Virus record (IMG/VR): IMGVR_UViG_3300022680_000058
Span: 83,980-147,979 of that record
DNA length: 64,000 nucleotides
DNA from: a virus
Direction: 5' to 3' (one strand)
How positions within the stretch are numbered: the first letter of the stretch is position 1; every line of letters starts with the position of its first letter. The position numbers were made by a program, and so were the translations under genes. The notes below the pieces were generated by a model. It saw nothing but the letters and a program-made list of their open reading frames with translations. It was not told where the DNA came from and did no database searches. Positions 46,849 to 57,244 of this stretch are shown one piece after another.

Positions 46849-48132
46849 CTATCCATCATCAGAACCCTTCCCTCGGAGCCAGGGCGGCTTCCACTTCCCC
46901 TTGACGAAGGCTGACACCCCCTCGTCGTGACACTTAACGATCCAGAGCTCGGCACTCCTGTATGCGTTTTTCCACTCTCCAACGACGCCACAACTCTGAC
47001 AGGCGACCTCAGAATCATCTGGTTCCTCGTGGGTATAATCGCTCCGCTGGTACTTGATACCCCTGAGTGCCCCGTATTTCTGCGAGAGGTGGATTCTCTG
47101 GCTCGCAATCTCCCACCGGGCTGCCAAGACAGGGTCCATGCCCACGCCGTTTGTGAGGCCCGCCTGGTAGTCCTCATCGAAGTCTGATCCGTAGCCACTT
47201 GTTCCCTTGGCCATGTACCGGACCGCCCGCTCGATCGAAACGGGCAATTGATTGCCCATCTGGTCGCCGAACTCAATGACCTCTCTGTGGACGTGTCCGA
47301 TTTCCTGGCCACAGAAATCCTGGGCGGCGACGGTCAAATCCTCACCAGAGAGCTCGGGGCCAAAGTACAGGACATGAGAATGGACGTGTCCCCTGACCGA
47401 GCACTCGATGGTCCTGAACATCGCCGCCTCGTCACACTTCAGGACTTTGTTCCAAAGGGTCGATACAGCCTTTTTGATGGCGAATGTACGACGCCGAAGA
47501 GCTTCGACGGTCACATCCTCCTCATCAAATGGGTTGTACTTGGTGGTCACAGTGTAGAACTGCCACTTGTAGTCCTCGGGACCTGAAATCCTATCCCAGA
47601 TGTCATTGTAGAATTCCTGTACCTTCTTTGACCTGACCCAGCCACACGTCGGACACGTCGTCCACTTACACGTCCTATGTGAGCCAGCATAGGAACCCGA
47701 CCCCACCCGCTCCTCACCACAGCATTCACACTTCCGGACAGCGACGACAGCTCCACACCTCTCGAACTCCTTGAACCGGCGGGACCACCTGTCTCTCTCT
47801 GGCTTCGGGGCGCCCCTCAGAATATCTCGGGCGGCATCCACTACCCGCTGACGAAAAAGTCGGGGCGAAACACTCTGCACCCTGTCAAAGATTGGATAGG
47901 CACGGATAGAACTAGAATCACCAAAGAGTAACTTACCATCTATAGGGATAGAGGAATCAGAACCGTCTACGTCTCCTCCTCCATGGCTCAGTATCTGGCT
48001 CCCGTACTCCTGTGATAACGCCAGCTCTGCCAGCTCGTCCTCTTCGTCAACACCTTCTGGTATGTACAAACAAGAGTCGTCACTCTCATGCAGCTCTCCA
48101 CTTTCGCTCATCAATCGGTCGGTGAAGCTCAT
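46849..48132 (-). CDS. HUH rolling-circle replication initiator (Rep_1/IS91-like)
   Basis: Zn motif CECC...CKWTTCPTC; motif I FYTVT; motif II HVHSHVL; motif III RYMAK. Confidence 0.82.
   Translation of the reverse strand: MSFTDRLMSESGELHESDDSCLYIPEGVDEEDELAELALSQEYGSQILSHGGGDVDGSDSSIPIDGKLLFGDSSSIRAYPIFDRVQSVSPRLFRQRVVDAARDILRGAPKPERDRWSRRFKEFERCGAVVAVRKCECCGEERVGSGSYAGSHRTCKWTTCPTCGWVRSKKVQEFYNDIWDRISGPEDYKWQFYTVTTKYNPFDEEDVTVEALRRRTFAIKKAVSTLWNKVLKCDEAAMFRTIECSVRGHVHSHVLYFGPELSGEDLTVAAQDFCGQEIGHVHREVIEFGDQMGNQLPVSIERAVRYMAKGTSGYGSDFDEDYQAGLTNGVGMDPVLAARWEIASQRIHLSQKYGALRGIKYQRSDYTHEEPDDSEVACQSCGVVGEWKNAYRSAELWIVKCHDEGVSAFVKGKWKPPWLRGKGSDDG
47242..47257. repeat. Dispersed 16-bp palindrome copy 4 (inside rep)
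   Basis: GGGCAATTGATTGCCC. Confidence 0.85.
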
Positions 48133-48713
48133 TCTCCACCTCCGTTCCATGAACACTTCGACTCTCCGTCACTATTCTTCGTGCATTCAAATCTTGAGCA
48201 CTCTCGCTCTCTTATGATTCTTTTTACCTTCTTATCGAGGCGCAGGATCGTGGGGCGAGCCGACCAGGTGTGGCCGACCAGCAGAGACACGTCAGACGTG
48301 AGGGAATTTTGGTGTAAAGATGCTGATAGGGGTAGACAGCGCACTCGTGGGTGCGCTAGATTTCTTCTTACCATCGAAGCTCTTTCCTTCGTTGGCCAGC
48401 CTGGGCGCCCCGCCCGACCCTCTCAGCGATGATTGGAGCCATCACTTTGAGGGGGCTGGTATGTCTCGCGACCGATATTAGGGTCTATGTGAGGATCGAC
48501 TCTACAGCCGGATCGATGGCAGAGTCAAGCATCATGATCCCTGCGAGTTCACCACCAGAAAATTCATGAATCCATTAAGCGGAAAGTTTGAAACTTTCAA
48601 TCTGTAAGTTGTCGAAATCTGTACGATCTGTGAATTTGTCAGAAAAGACAAAGTTTCTTTGGTTACAACGTGTACGGGGAACCTACGAACTGCTGTGACT
48701 ATTCTCCTTCTCC

Positions 48714-49052
48714 TCAGGTATCGTACCACCTTACCCATGTGACTCCAGACCTAGACAGCGACAGCGACACTGCTCTTGTAGCTGTTCTCGATATTGATTT
48801 TTGTGAAAGTCCGAATCTGGATGCAGCAGTCCTAGACCACGATCTAACCCTTGAACATGATCGCGACCTGAGTCTCGGCCACTTTGATTTGCTCACCGTT
48901 CTCACAAGAACCATGTGTTCAAGATTGGATGGTGAACATGAGCTCATCACTTGTAATGCCAAAATGAGGGGCGCCAAGAGATCAGGGTCCTCTCCCCCTT
49001 CAAGGAGGTGGTCCCAAGCTACTTGGATGTCTTCGGGGAGGTCAAAGATCAT
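48714..49052 (-). CDS. DLPED-family protein with degenerate Ser/Arg-rich tail
   Basis: MIFDLPEDIQVAWDHLLEGGEDPDLLAPLILA. Confidence 0.7.
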   Translation of the reverse strand: MIFDLPEDIQVAWDHLLEGGEDPDLLAPLILALQVMSSCSPSNLEHMVLVRTVSKSKWPRLRSRSCSRVRSWSRTAASRFGLSQKSISRTATRAVSLSLSRSGVTWVRWYDT

Positions 49053-49390
49053 TGCGTTACTCCAGATCTAGACCTAGACCTAGACCCAAACCTAGACCCA
49101 AACCAAGACCTAGACCCAAACCTAGACCAAGACCTAGACCAAGACCTAGACCAAGACCTAGACCAAGACCTAGACCAAGACCCAGACTTAGACTTAGACC
49201 AAGACCTAGACCAAGACCCAGACTTAGACTTAGACTTAGACCAAGACCTAGACCTAGACCAAACTAGAAACGGAACTGATTGTCCATCTTGAACAGCTAA
49301 GATAAGAGGAACCAAGAGTTCGGGGTCTTCTCCTCCTTCAAGAAAGTAATCCCAAGCAACTTGGACGTCCTCTGGCAGATCGAGGATCAT
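49049..49390 (-). CDS. DLPED-family protein with Ser/Arg/Trp repeat tail
   Basis: MILDLPEDVQVAWDYFLEGGEDPELLVPLILA + (SR/SW/SK/SG/FG)n. Confidence 0.75.
   Translation of the reverse strand: MILDLPEDVQVAWDYFLEGGEDPELLVPLILAVQDGQSVPFLVWSRSRSWSKSKSKSGSWSRSWSKSKSGSWSRSWSRSWSRSWSRSWSRFGSRSWFGSRFGSRSRSRSGVTQ
49063..49262. repeat. Hexamer tandem repeat array (minus strand TCTAGG/TCTTGG/TCTAAG/TCTGGG/TTTGGG)
   Basis: About 33 contiguous hexamer units directly visible. Confidence 0.95.
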
Positions 49391-49401
49391 CTGAATATCC
49401 T

Positions 49402-49878
49402 TTACGGTTTGGGAGGATGCTTGATGTGCCTGGAAGAGCCATGCCCACCACCACAAGTCGGGCAAGCATCTTTGGTGTCAGGCCGATCAGCGCCACAGTG
49501 GCGACACTTCACCTCATGAGAAAGAGCTGTAACGTCGAGATACTTCGGCTGCTCTCCACACTTCGGACACGCCTCATTGGTGTCCGGGCGCCGAGTATGA
49601 CAGGAGTGACACTCAATAACCCTTACCCCAATCACAGGTTCATCATGCTCAATCCGTTTGATGGAAAGAGGATTGAAGCTCCTTGCTTTGAAGAAATCCG
49701 CGATACACTCGGAGCAGAATAGCCCACCACCGAGCTTGATCATCTCCGGATCATCACCATGGACATCACAACTGTACCTGAGTTCGATTGTCATCTCTTG
49801 GGTACCCAGCACCTTTCCGGCGGCGAGCGTCGGCAGATCATTCCCAATCCACTTCCGCATGTGATGCAGAAGTACCAA
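49402..49878 (-). CDS. Multi-zinc-ribbon protein
   Basis: Duplicated CxxC...RPDT..ACPxCG; true start probably downstream of ORF start. Confidence 0.65.
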   Translation of the reverse strand: MVLLHHMRKWIGNDLPTLAAGKVLGTQEMTIELRYSCDVHGDDPEMIKLGGGLFCSECIADFFKARSFNPLSIKRIEHDEPVIGVRVIECHSCHTRRPDTNEACPKCGEQPKYLDVTALSHEVKCRHCGADRPDTKDACPTCGGGHGSSRHIKHPPKP

Positions 49879-49904
49879 CTGGTACTACTGCGAACCTTGA
49901 TCAT

Positions 49905-50156
49905 TTACGACTTCTGTTGTTTCGCAAGTCTCCAGACACTCGGCTTTCTTCCGCGCCCTTCGACGTCGGCGAACTCGTTTGTCTCTACCAGGCCTTCGCC
50001 TTCGAGCTTTTTGAGCTGATAGAAGGTGGCCTGTCGTGTGATGTTGAGTTCTGCGGCGATTCCTACAGTGGTCATGCCGAACTCTTTCTCTCTCTTCAGG
50101 ATGCCAAGAATCTTGTTCCACTTGGCGTTTGGTCCTTTTTGAGGTCTCTTTCCCAT
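49905..50156 (-). CDS. Winged-helix (ArsR/HTH_11-like) DNA-binding protein
   Basis: MTTVGIAAELNITRQATFYQLKKLEGEGLV...GRGRKPSVWRL. Confidence 0.8.
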   Translation of the reverse strand: MGKRPQKGPNAKWNKILGILKREKEFGMTTVGIAAELNITRQATFYQLKKLEGEGLVETNEFADVEGRGRKPSVWRLAKQQKS

Positions 50157-50661
50157 CGTTCTGTCCTTTCAGTTCTGACCGCCCACGAGTTTCTCTCGGA
50201 TCTCTTTCAGCGCGTCGATGACTCCATCCACAACCTCGACATCATCCATTCCGATGATGACCCCTTTTTGGTAGTAAAGGCTCTCAGCGACTGGATTGTT
50301 CTTCGTTTTGAATGCGAGGTATTCAACTCGATTATGCCCCGCCTTCGCCTCGAAGGTTGCAACATCAATATCGCTTTCCAGGAATACAAACGCTTGGCCA
50401 TCTTTGAATTCGATTGTCACGGTATCCTCTCCCTGCTTCCCCAAGCCTTGATCTCGTACTCGAAGTGGCGCTTGAGTGGTCCGCTATTTGAGACGCTACT
50501 GCTCTCGACATTGGGAGTCTCAACTCTCCAGCCTTCGGCGCCAATGCCGTTGGCCCAGCTCTCCAGCCGCTTGGTGATTTCCTCCTCAACCTCTGAGACG
50601 TACTTCCCAGCTTGGTCGAGAGTGAACGTGAGATGAAACATCTTGTGCTCGTAGGCCTTCA

Positions 50662-51144
50662 TCAGAACGCCACCAAACTTTCTTTGGACGCATTCTTGAG
50701 CGTCAAGCGATGAGCATCCCTGACCTTCTCTTTCAGCTCCCCATTGACGATCCAGAGTCCTTGTCGCCCTTTGGCATAGACCGGATCATCAAACGGGAGA
50801 ACATTGGCGAGAAGCCATCCATACGGCCCGGAGAACCACGGGTCATAGAGGAACTCATCTTGAGCTGTATCCTCGTGGACATAGCCTATGATCTGTGCCA
50901 CGCCGACGATACATCCTGATGGACACCACTCGTCCGCTGGCGGGTCATAGAGCCTGGCGACCCTCATCGACTCGGCGGCGCCAACGTCGTACTTCATACC
51001 AGCGTGAATCGCGATGAACTTCCCGATCACATCATTGAATGGTTTCCATGGCCTGTTCTCGATACGCTTCCCTCCATAGAAGATCGCGTGAGGCCATGGG
51101 CGCCACAACGTCAGAGCTCGAAGGACTTCTTGTTTCTTCGGCAT
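50662..51144 (-). CDS. ASCH-domain protein
   Basis: ALTLWRPW..AI..GGKRIENRPW...IAIHAG...GCIVG...KGRQGLW. Confidence 0.9.
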   Translation of the reverse strand: MPKKQEVLRALTLWRPWPHAIFYGGKRIENRPWKPFNDVIGKFIAIHAGMKYDVGAAESMRVARLYDPPADEWCPSGCIVGVAQIIGYVHEDTAQDEFLYDPWFSGPYGWLLANVLPFDDPVYAKGRQGLWIVNGELKEKVRDAHRLTLKNASKESLVAF

Positions 51145-51155
51145 CGACTTCTCCT

Positions 51156-52634
51156 TCAGATGGTGTGCTTTTTCCCCTCAAAACTTACCCTGACTGGCGG
51201 GTTGATGCTGTCGAGGTGCTCCATGTAGGTCATCGCCGCCGGACCATCGAGGTCTCCAGCTTTCGCCATGGATGTGACCTCGATGTCACACATGAGAGCT
51301 CCACTCCTGTGATCCACAATCCACCGGCTCACACAGGCAGCATCGAATTCGAGGTCGTAGAAGCTCATCTGGCTGTTCGACTCGAATCGCTCCATCACAC
51401 ACAACTCGTACAAGAGATGGAGATCCCGTGAACTCTCGAAGAAGACCTCATAGAGTGGGACACCCACACCATTGTCCCTGGCGCAGTTCGTCTGTGTGAC
51501 CACGTCAGCCGGGAGCTTCGAGACCATGCCCTGACAGATCCATGCTCGGCGCCCAGTCAGAGGCATCGAGACCACTGGCTGGAACATGAAGAACGGCGAG
51601 ACCAAGAGCTTGAAACGCATGACGACTCCTTTCAGACATCCAGCCTTTCTCTGATGATGTCAGCGAGACGACTGACGGCGGCATATGCCATGATGACGCG
51701 GTCTGACGGGACCATCCCGACGTCATAGATCCATTCCCAAGCGTCCGGCTCGATGTCAGAGTTCATGAGCCCCCTGTAGAGCGTGTCATGAACTTCTCTC
51801 CCGTCACCGTCGAGCCCGATAACATCCTCAGCGTCTCTGATAGCGGCAGTGTAGTCGTCACCAATCTCAGCCCATGTGTCCTCACCGTAGCTCTCGGGCG
51901 CCATGTCGAGCTGGAATTTGATGTCATCACGAGCAACTCGGGACACGAACTGTTTGGTACCGATACCCGTCATGCCGATGGACGCCTTCTCTTCGGCGTG
52001 GTCGAGGCTTCCGTTGGCGATCCAGAACACGAGCTGGCTGGGGACCTCCATTCCGCTGTAGTTGGCGAAGAAAACCCCGTCGATGTCCCCCCACACGGCG
52101 AGACATCGATTCGCCATGACGGCAATCTCACACCAGAGCTGCCCACTCTTGCTGCGAAGCTTCCACCACCCATGACCAAGCTCATCCATGGTGTGCTCGG
52201 CGAACAGTTTGTCTGCATCTGCAATCATCATGGTCTCCCACTCATCGGAAGACATGGGCTCCTTCGCTTTCGCCTTGATCTCCTCCATCTTGGCGCTCAT
52301 CTCATCGAGCTTTTGCTGTGTCGACTTATCGGTCATCTGTGGTTACCTCCATCAAATCGGATTCCAAGTCCTGGTCTGGAACACCATCGTGATCAGATTC
52401 GAGCGGCGATGGGCCTGTGTTCTCGAACATCACCTTGAAAGTGTCAGAGAATGGTTTCTTCCCAGAAGCGATCCAGATCGGGAGGTCGAGTGGCATCAGG
52501 ACAACCAAAAGTGTCCCGAAACAGACCATGATTGCCGCCGCAATGACGCAACAGATGATAAACACAATCATCTTGATCGTGTACCACAGGCGACCCAAGA
52601 ACCCCTCTGGTTTTTTGTCAAAATCTCCGAACAT
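51156..52634 (-). other. Three hypothetical ORFs (51156..51620, 51632..52336, membrane protein 52326..52634)
   Basis: ORF track, AAGGAG/GGAGG RBSs, tight packing. Confidence 0.6.
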
Positions 52635-52720
52635 ACCCCATCCTCCTTGAACGGGAGCTTCCTTTTGTGTGAACAGGTTACCGTTCTATCTTGATGGTTG
52701 TTTTGAATTTGTCAAGATGT

Positions 52721-53806
52721 CTAGTCGCGGAATGTGGAGGGCATGATCGCGTCAGAGCCGGTGAAGTAGTGTTCGGGCCAGACGCCAATATGACTGGCAA
52801 GCTTTCTGGTGCGTCTCCACCGCCCGTTCATGATACTCTGGTTCCAGCGACCATAGTTCGACGTGGCGAGCATCCTGAGCAGTGTTTTGGCGAAGATACG
52901 CTCGTTGGACTTCATCCGATCTCCAGGAACGATGAACCCGGACGCTCCGATCGCATCTCTCATGACGCGGTAAGCGATACTGGGGGCATTCACAGTGTGG
53001 CTGTGAAAGACACACATGGCCAGGTCGAGCTCCAACGTGACACACTTCACAGGATTCTGACAAAGCTTCGCCCGCTCCGGAAGTTCCAGGCTCGAAATAG
53101 AGTCCCCATACACGACGTCCTGAACTGGCATCCGGCGCCGCTGCTTCCGGAAAAGAAACTTTCGCGAGGCCACCCGCTCGGCGAGGTGTTTCTTCTCGAA
53201 GAAGAGCTGTGTCTCGATGGACTTCGGATCGGCGAAGACATTGTGGAAGAGAGTCGCCCAACGCTTGGCTATGAGCCAATTCTCCGTTCTCGCTTTCACC
53301 TTGCCGTGTATTGGGGTGATTCTGTCGCGAAGAATGGCACCGTGAATGATGTCACCAGCAGAATGCTTGATTCGCTCTCCTTTGATGAAACGAGATCCAG
53401 CTTCACGCCATCGAAGGAACCCGTCCTGGGCTAGGTACCAACCCTCAACCTCGAATTGAGTGAAGAGTGCCTGAAGGTGCATCGGGGGCTCTTGAGAAAC
53501 CTCCAGCATCCTGAGGAGCCTCCCAAGACCTCCCTGGTCATCCTCAGCGTTGAAATCCTCATTGGCGAGTTCTCGTGGGTAGACCAGAATGTGCTGACCG
53601 AGTCCGGCGGACATCGCTGTTCCATCCGCCGCCATGATGGACCCGATCCGGCCACCTGTCTCGACCAAAGCTGTCAGAAAAACCGCACGGTCAAGGTGAC
53701 TCTCCTTGATGTCAAGCCCGAAACGTTTGCTGGCGATGTTGTATTCGGGACCGTAGATGACCGGCCCGGAATAGTTGCCGATGCTTTTGTGTCTCACTTG
53801 GACCAT
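52721..53806 (-). CDS. Putative lysozyme-fold peptidoglycan hydrolase
   Basis: TALVETGG...DGTAMSAGLGQ resembles lysozyme-like E...S.G..Q core. Confidence 0.45.
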   Translation of the reverse strand: MVQVRHKSIGNYSGPVIYGPEYNIASKRFGLDIKESHLDRAVFLTALVETGGRIGSIMAADGTAMSAGLGQHILVYPRELANEDFNAEDDQGGLGRLLRMLEVSQEPPMHLQALFTQFEVEGWYLAQDGFLRWREAGSRFIKGERIKHSAGDIIHGAILRDRITPIHGKVKARTENWLIAKRWATLFHNVFADPKSIETQLFFEKKHLAERVASRKFLFRKQRRRMPVQDVVYGDSISSLELPERAKLCQNPVKCVTLELDLAMCVFHSHTVNAPSIAYRVMRDAIGASGFIVPGDRMKSNERIFAKTLLRMLATSNYGRWNQSIMNGRWRRTRKLASHIGVWPEHYFTGSDAIMPSTFRD

Positions 53807-53809
53807 GAA

Positions 53810-55392
53810 TCAACACCAATCGGCGGGGATTCCCATATCTTTCAGGAAATCGATGAAATCGTTGTATCCGTTTCCGACAAAGAGTTCTCGACCCTTGGTC
53901 CTCATATCGTCGTTGAACTTGTCCTCGTCCATCCCAGGAGCGCTGAAGTCCGGTTTCTGACCAACCCACACGAGCTGTGAGAAGTCGTTGTCCACTTCGA
54001 GCTGCCAGCCGTCGAGCTCACCGTCCTTGAACGCTTTGGCGAGCGCCGCATAAGTTGTGTACTTTCCCTTTTCTTCTTCCATGATTTCTCCTTCTACTCC
54101 CTCATCTGGGGTTTGTTACCGCGACCCTCCATCGCTGCAACAGGTACAGCATTGAGGAGTCGCTTCAACCTCTTCGACACAATAAGGTCGTTGATAGGCC
54201 TACCCATATCGATACATGCCTTGATCTTCAACACGAGCGTGAGGGCTTCATTTCGATCATCCTCAAGGTCTTCGTTCGATCTGTTCTCAGCCACGAGTTT
54301 CTCATTCTGGTGCCTCAGACGCTCAATCTCAGAATCCTTCTCAGCGAGAAGCCGAGACATCCTCATCATGCCTTTGCGGCTCATTCTGTTCCCTTTCTAG
54401 ATACTTTTCGCCCTGCCTTACCGTCCCCGCTGCCGTCGGGAAAGTGGAGCCATCCCGCCTCCTCAGCGGCTTCGAGGGTGTCAGCAATCAGACGGAGTTC
54501 ATCCGGCGTGAAATCCGAGAACCGGATCGAGTCCCCGAAGAATCCAGATTTTAAACCAGCACAGAACCGAACCTCACCAACCCCTGTGCGACCAACATAG
54601 AGCCCAGGCTTCCCACAACTCGGACACATGTTTGGCTCCCCTGACCGGTATGGAATGGTCGCGCCTTCAGAACTCACAGCGCCGCCACAATGGAGGCAAT
54701 ACAGGGTGTATCGGCTGGTTGATTTGAAATTGACGTTCGACGGCATCAGTATTCCATCTCTCCATCGTGGCCGTGGTTCGTGACTCGTTTTTCGACAATT
54801 GCCAGTTTTGTGTCGATATCCGAGACCTTAGCTTCAAGTTCTCGGATCGCCGTCATGATGTCCGAGACAGACCACTCCTCAACCTCAGACGATTTGAGTT
54901 GTCGAACACGGACACCACTATCGAGGAGTTCTTCGAGCTGCCTGATCCGGTCACAAGCTCGACACCCAGCAGCCCAGCCAGTTCTTTTCCCGTCGGAATC
55001 GACCCCAGCCAAACGATAGGCGCCGCACTCGCACTCCATCATTTTTGTTTCCGGAGTGGTCATCAGTCCCTGTCTCCACACAGCTCAATCTCAGTGTCCC
55101 CGTCCTCCCACGGAACGTGATCCCACGGCGAAATCGCCGGATTCAACATCTGACCATCCTCAGGGTCGTGAACCCAATGCATCGGCACACCCAGCACTGG
55201 ATGGATGACGCGGGTGAGGTCCACAACGTCAGAGAGTTTCCTTTTGACGCACTTCGTCACCCTCGACATCAAAGACGGAACGTCACTCCTGTGTGGGAGA
55301 ACAACGTCATTGACCCAGTCACCTTCAAGGACATCCGTCTCGAATGTCTCGATCCTGTCGCCCTTGTCTTTCTTGATCACATTTCCGAGCAT
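53810..55392 (-). other. Run of small hypothetical ORFs (53810..54082, 54094..54384, 54381..54746, 54746..55081, 55063..55392)
   Basis: Coupled ORFs, several with CxxC pairs or coiled coils. Confidence 0.6.
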
Positions 55393-55421
55393 TTCAGTAC
55401 CCCTCTCAGTCTTGTTGCAGC

Positions 55422-56624
55422 CTACAGGTGCGGAGGCTCCTTGGCGCCGGGGAAGAGCTTCCTCCCCGTTACGTGGACCTGTTTGAGACCTTCTTTGGAG
55501 TCGGGGTCGACTGGAAGCCTGACGACCTTTCCGTCACCGTCAGGACTCTTCTCGATCTCGACGAGGTTCTCGGCTTCGAGTTCATTGACGATCTGTCCCA
55601 GGCTCTTCTCATCAAGCTGAGCCATCTCCATGAACCAGACGAGTCCTTTCGCGTCCAGTCCAGGTTTTTTGATCTGCAACTCCTGAAGGAGCTTTTTTTT
55701 CGCCATGGCGAGGTATTGAGGTGTCATCTCGATCTCTGGAGAGAGTTTCACCTCACCCTCGGGGACATTCGGTTCGAGCTCCCCGGAATACACCACAACG
55801 AATGAACCATCATCCTTCTCCTCGAAGACCAGAGCACCCATGGCGACCATATCGAAGATGATACTGGCAAGGTTTTCCGAAGCGATAACCCCAGAAGCGA
55901 GAACAAACACATCGCGTTCTGTGAGCCCACCTGGAGCGACATCCCGAGCTCTTCTGAGGAGTTCTGATTGGAATTCTCTGGTAATAATGCCAAACATAGC
56001 GTCAAGGGGCAGAGTCTCTATCTCCTGAGCCTTTTTGAAGAGCTTGCTTGCCTTCACCTGTTCCTCGAACTCGGGAGTGTCTGGCTTGTGGTGCGTGATA
56101 GTAACAGGACCACCATCACCATCATCGGTGGCATCCATCATGAGGTCGGCAGCAGACCCGACGATAACCCAAGACCTGTCACCTCGTGGCCCGAACTCAC
56201 GAAGAACTCCCTGACGCGTCAGTCGAGCGAGTCCGCTCCGGACAGTCGACGGGTTGGCGTTCGGCTTGATCTTGCGGACCTCATCGACAGCATCTTTGAA
56301 GCTGAAGGTGTCCATCACGGTATCTTTGATGAGCTGCCGAAGGACAGTGATCACTCCCCTGTCTCTCTTCTTCGGTTCTTCGGACTTCTCGCTGTCGGCG
56401 TCCCCACCGAAGATTGCTTCGAGCTCCTTGATCTGTTCATCGACTTCGCTGAGCTCGGCTTCGATGGTGACTTTCTTTTTCAGAAGTTCCTCTTTCCTCT
56501 CCCGAAGGACATTGAGGCCAGCATTCGCCTCATCGAGCCTCTCTTGCTTTCGCTGTTCCTCACGCTTTTTGAATTCCTTGAAATCGAACAACTCTTCCTC
56601 CGCTACAAAGCAAAACGTTTCCAT
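55422..56624 (-). CDS. Coiled-coil plus multiple winged-helix-like domain protein
   Basis: N-terminal coiled coil; PSTVRSGLARLTRQGVL; LGQIVNELEAENLV. Confidence 0.65.
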   Translation of the reverse strand: METFCFVAEEELFDFKEFKKREEQRKQERLDEANAGLNVLRERKEELLKKKVTIEAELSEVDEQIKELEAIFGGDADSEKSEEPKKRDRGVITVLRQLIKDTVMDTFSFKDAVDEVRKIKPNANPSTVRSGLARLTRQGVLREFGPRGDRSWVIVGSAADLMMDATDDGDGGPVTITHHKPDTPEFEEQVKASKLFKKAQEIETLPLDAMFGIITREFQSELLRRARDVAPGGLTERDVFVLASGVIASENLASIIFDMVAMGALVFEEKDDGSFVVVYSGELEPNVPEGEVKLSPEIEMTPQYLAMAKKKLLQELQIKKPGLDAKGLVWFMEMAQLDEKSLGQIVNELEAENLVEIEKSPDGDGKVVRLPVDPDSKEGLKQVHVTGRKLFPGAKEPPHL

Positions 56625-56740
56625 AAACCTAAATCATCACAAACGTTTGTCAAGGTATTATGACAGCCATCTCACACCTGATTACAGGGGGAAGTATTTT
56701 TTCGTCTTGTCAACGACTTACGGATGCCCATAATGGGTGG

Positions 56741-56826
56741 TGCATGCGGCGGGACTACTGATACAAGCTCCTTTCCATGATGCCCCAGGGGTCGACAATG
56801 GCTGCGCTCCCTGGGGTTTTCTTTTT
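56741..56826 (+). ncRNA. Putative sRNA 1 of tandem trio
   Basis: TTGTCA-16-CATAAT promoter; GGGACTACTG; CCCCAGGG/CCCTGGGG hairpin + U tract. Confidence 0.6.
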
Positions 56827-56868
56827 CACCCATCCTTGACATTCCATCCTCAGAGGATAAGTTGATCT

Positions 56869-56936
56869 ACAGCCGATGGTCGCGGTGCCATGCACGCCGC
56901 AGTCACCCCCTGGGGATGGGCCTCAGGGGGTTTTTT
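56869..56936 (+). ncRNA. Putative sRNA 2 of tandem trio
   Basis: TTGACA-16-TAAGTT promoter; CCCCCTGGGG/CCTCAGGGGG hairpin + T6. Confidence 0.6.
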
Positions 56937-56970
56937 ATTGACAGAGCATAATCGATGCACATAATGTGAC

Positions 56971-57031
56971 TGTTGGTTGAGGGACTACTGGCCTGGCCCC
57001 CTGGGAATGGTTCTCAGGGGGCTACTTTTTT
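56971..57031 (+). ncRNA. Putative sRNA 3 of tandem trio
   Basis: TTGACA-16-CATAAT promoter; GGGACTACTG; GCCCCCTGGGAA/TTCTCAGGGGGC hairpin + T6. Confidence 0.6.
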
Positions 57032-57043
57032 AAGGAGCACAGA

Positions 57044-57244
57044 ATGTCAAACGATCCAATCGTGGTCGAACTCACCAGAGAGGAAGCCCAAGCCCTGGCC
57101 GACTCCACAAAGGAAACCATCTGGTTTTTGAAAGGAGCGAAATCGAAGTCGAGCAGTGGAAGGGTGAGAAAAGCCCTCAAGGACGTTCGAGATCGACTCC
57201 TGAAAGGGCTTCAGGATGTGAAGGGTTCCAGTGCCTCATCGTGA
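57044..57244 (+). CDS. Small hypothetical protein
   Basis: TAAGGAG RBS. Confidence 0.6.
   Translation: MSNDPIVVELTREEAQALADSTKETIWFLKGAKSKSSSGRVRKALKDVRDRLLKGLQDVKGSSASS

Noticed and set aside
49063-49262. Repeat array as CRISPR, telomere or DGR variable region; plus-strand (DLDQ)n and (RP)n ORFs
   Set aside because: No spacers, no reverse transcriptase or template-repeat pair in the window; the minus frame is fused to a head conserved in three paralogs, so plus-strand ORFs are shadows.
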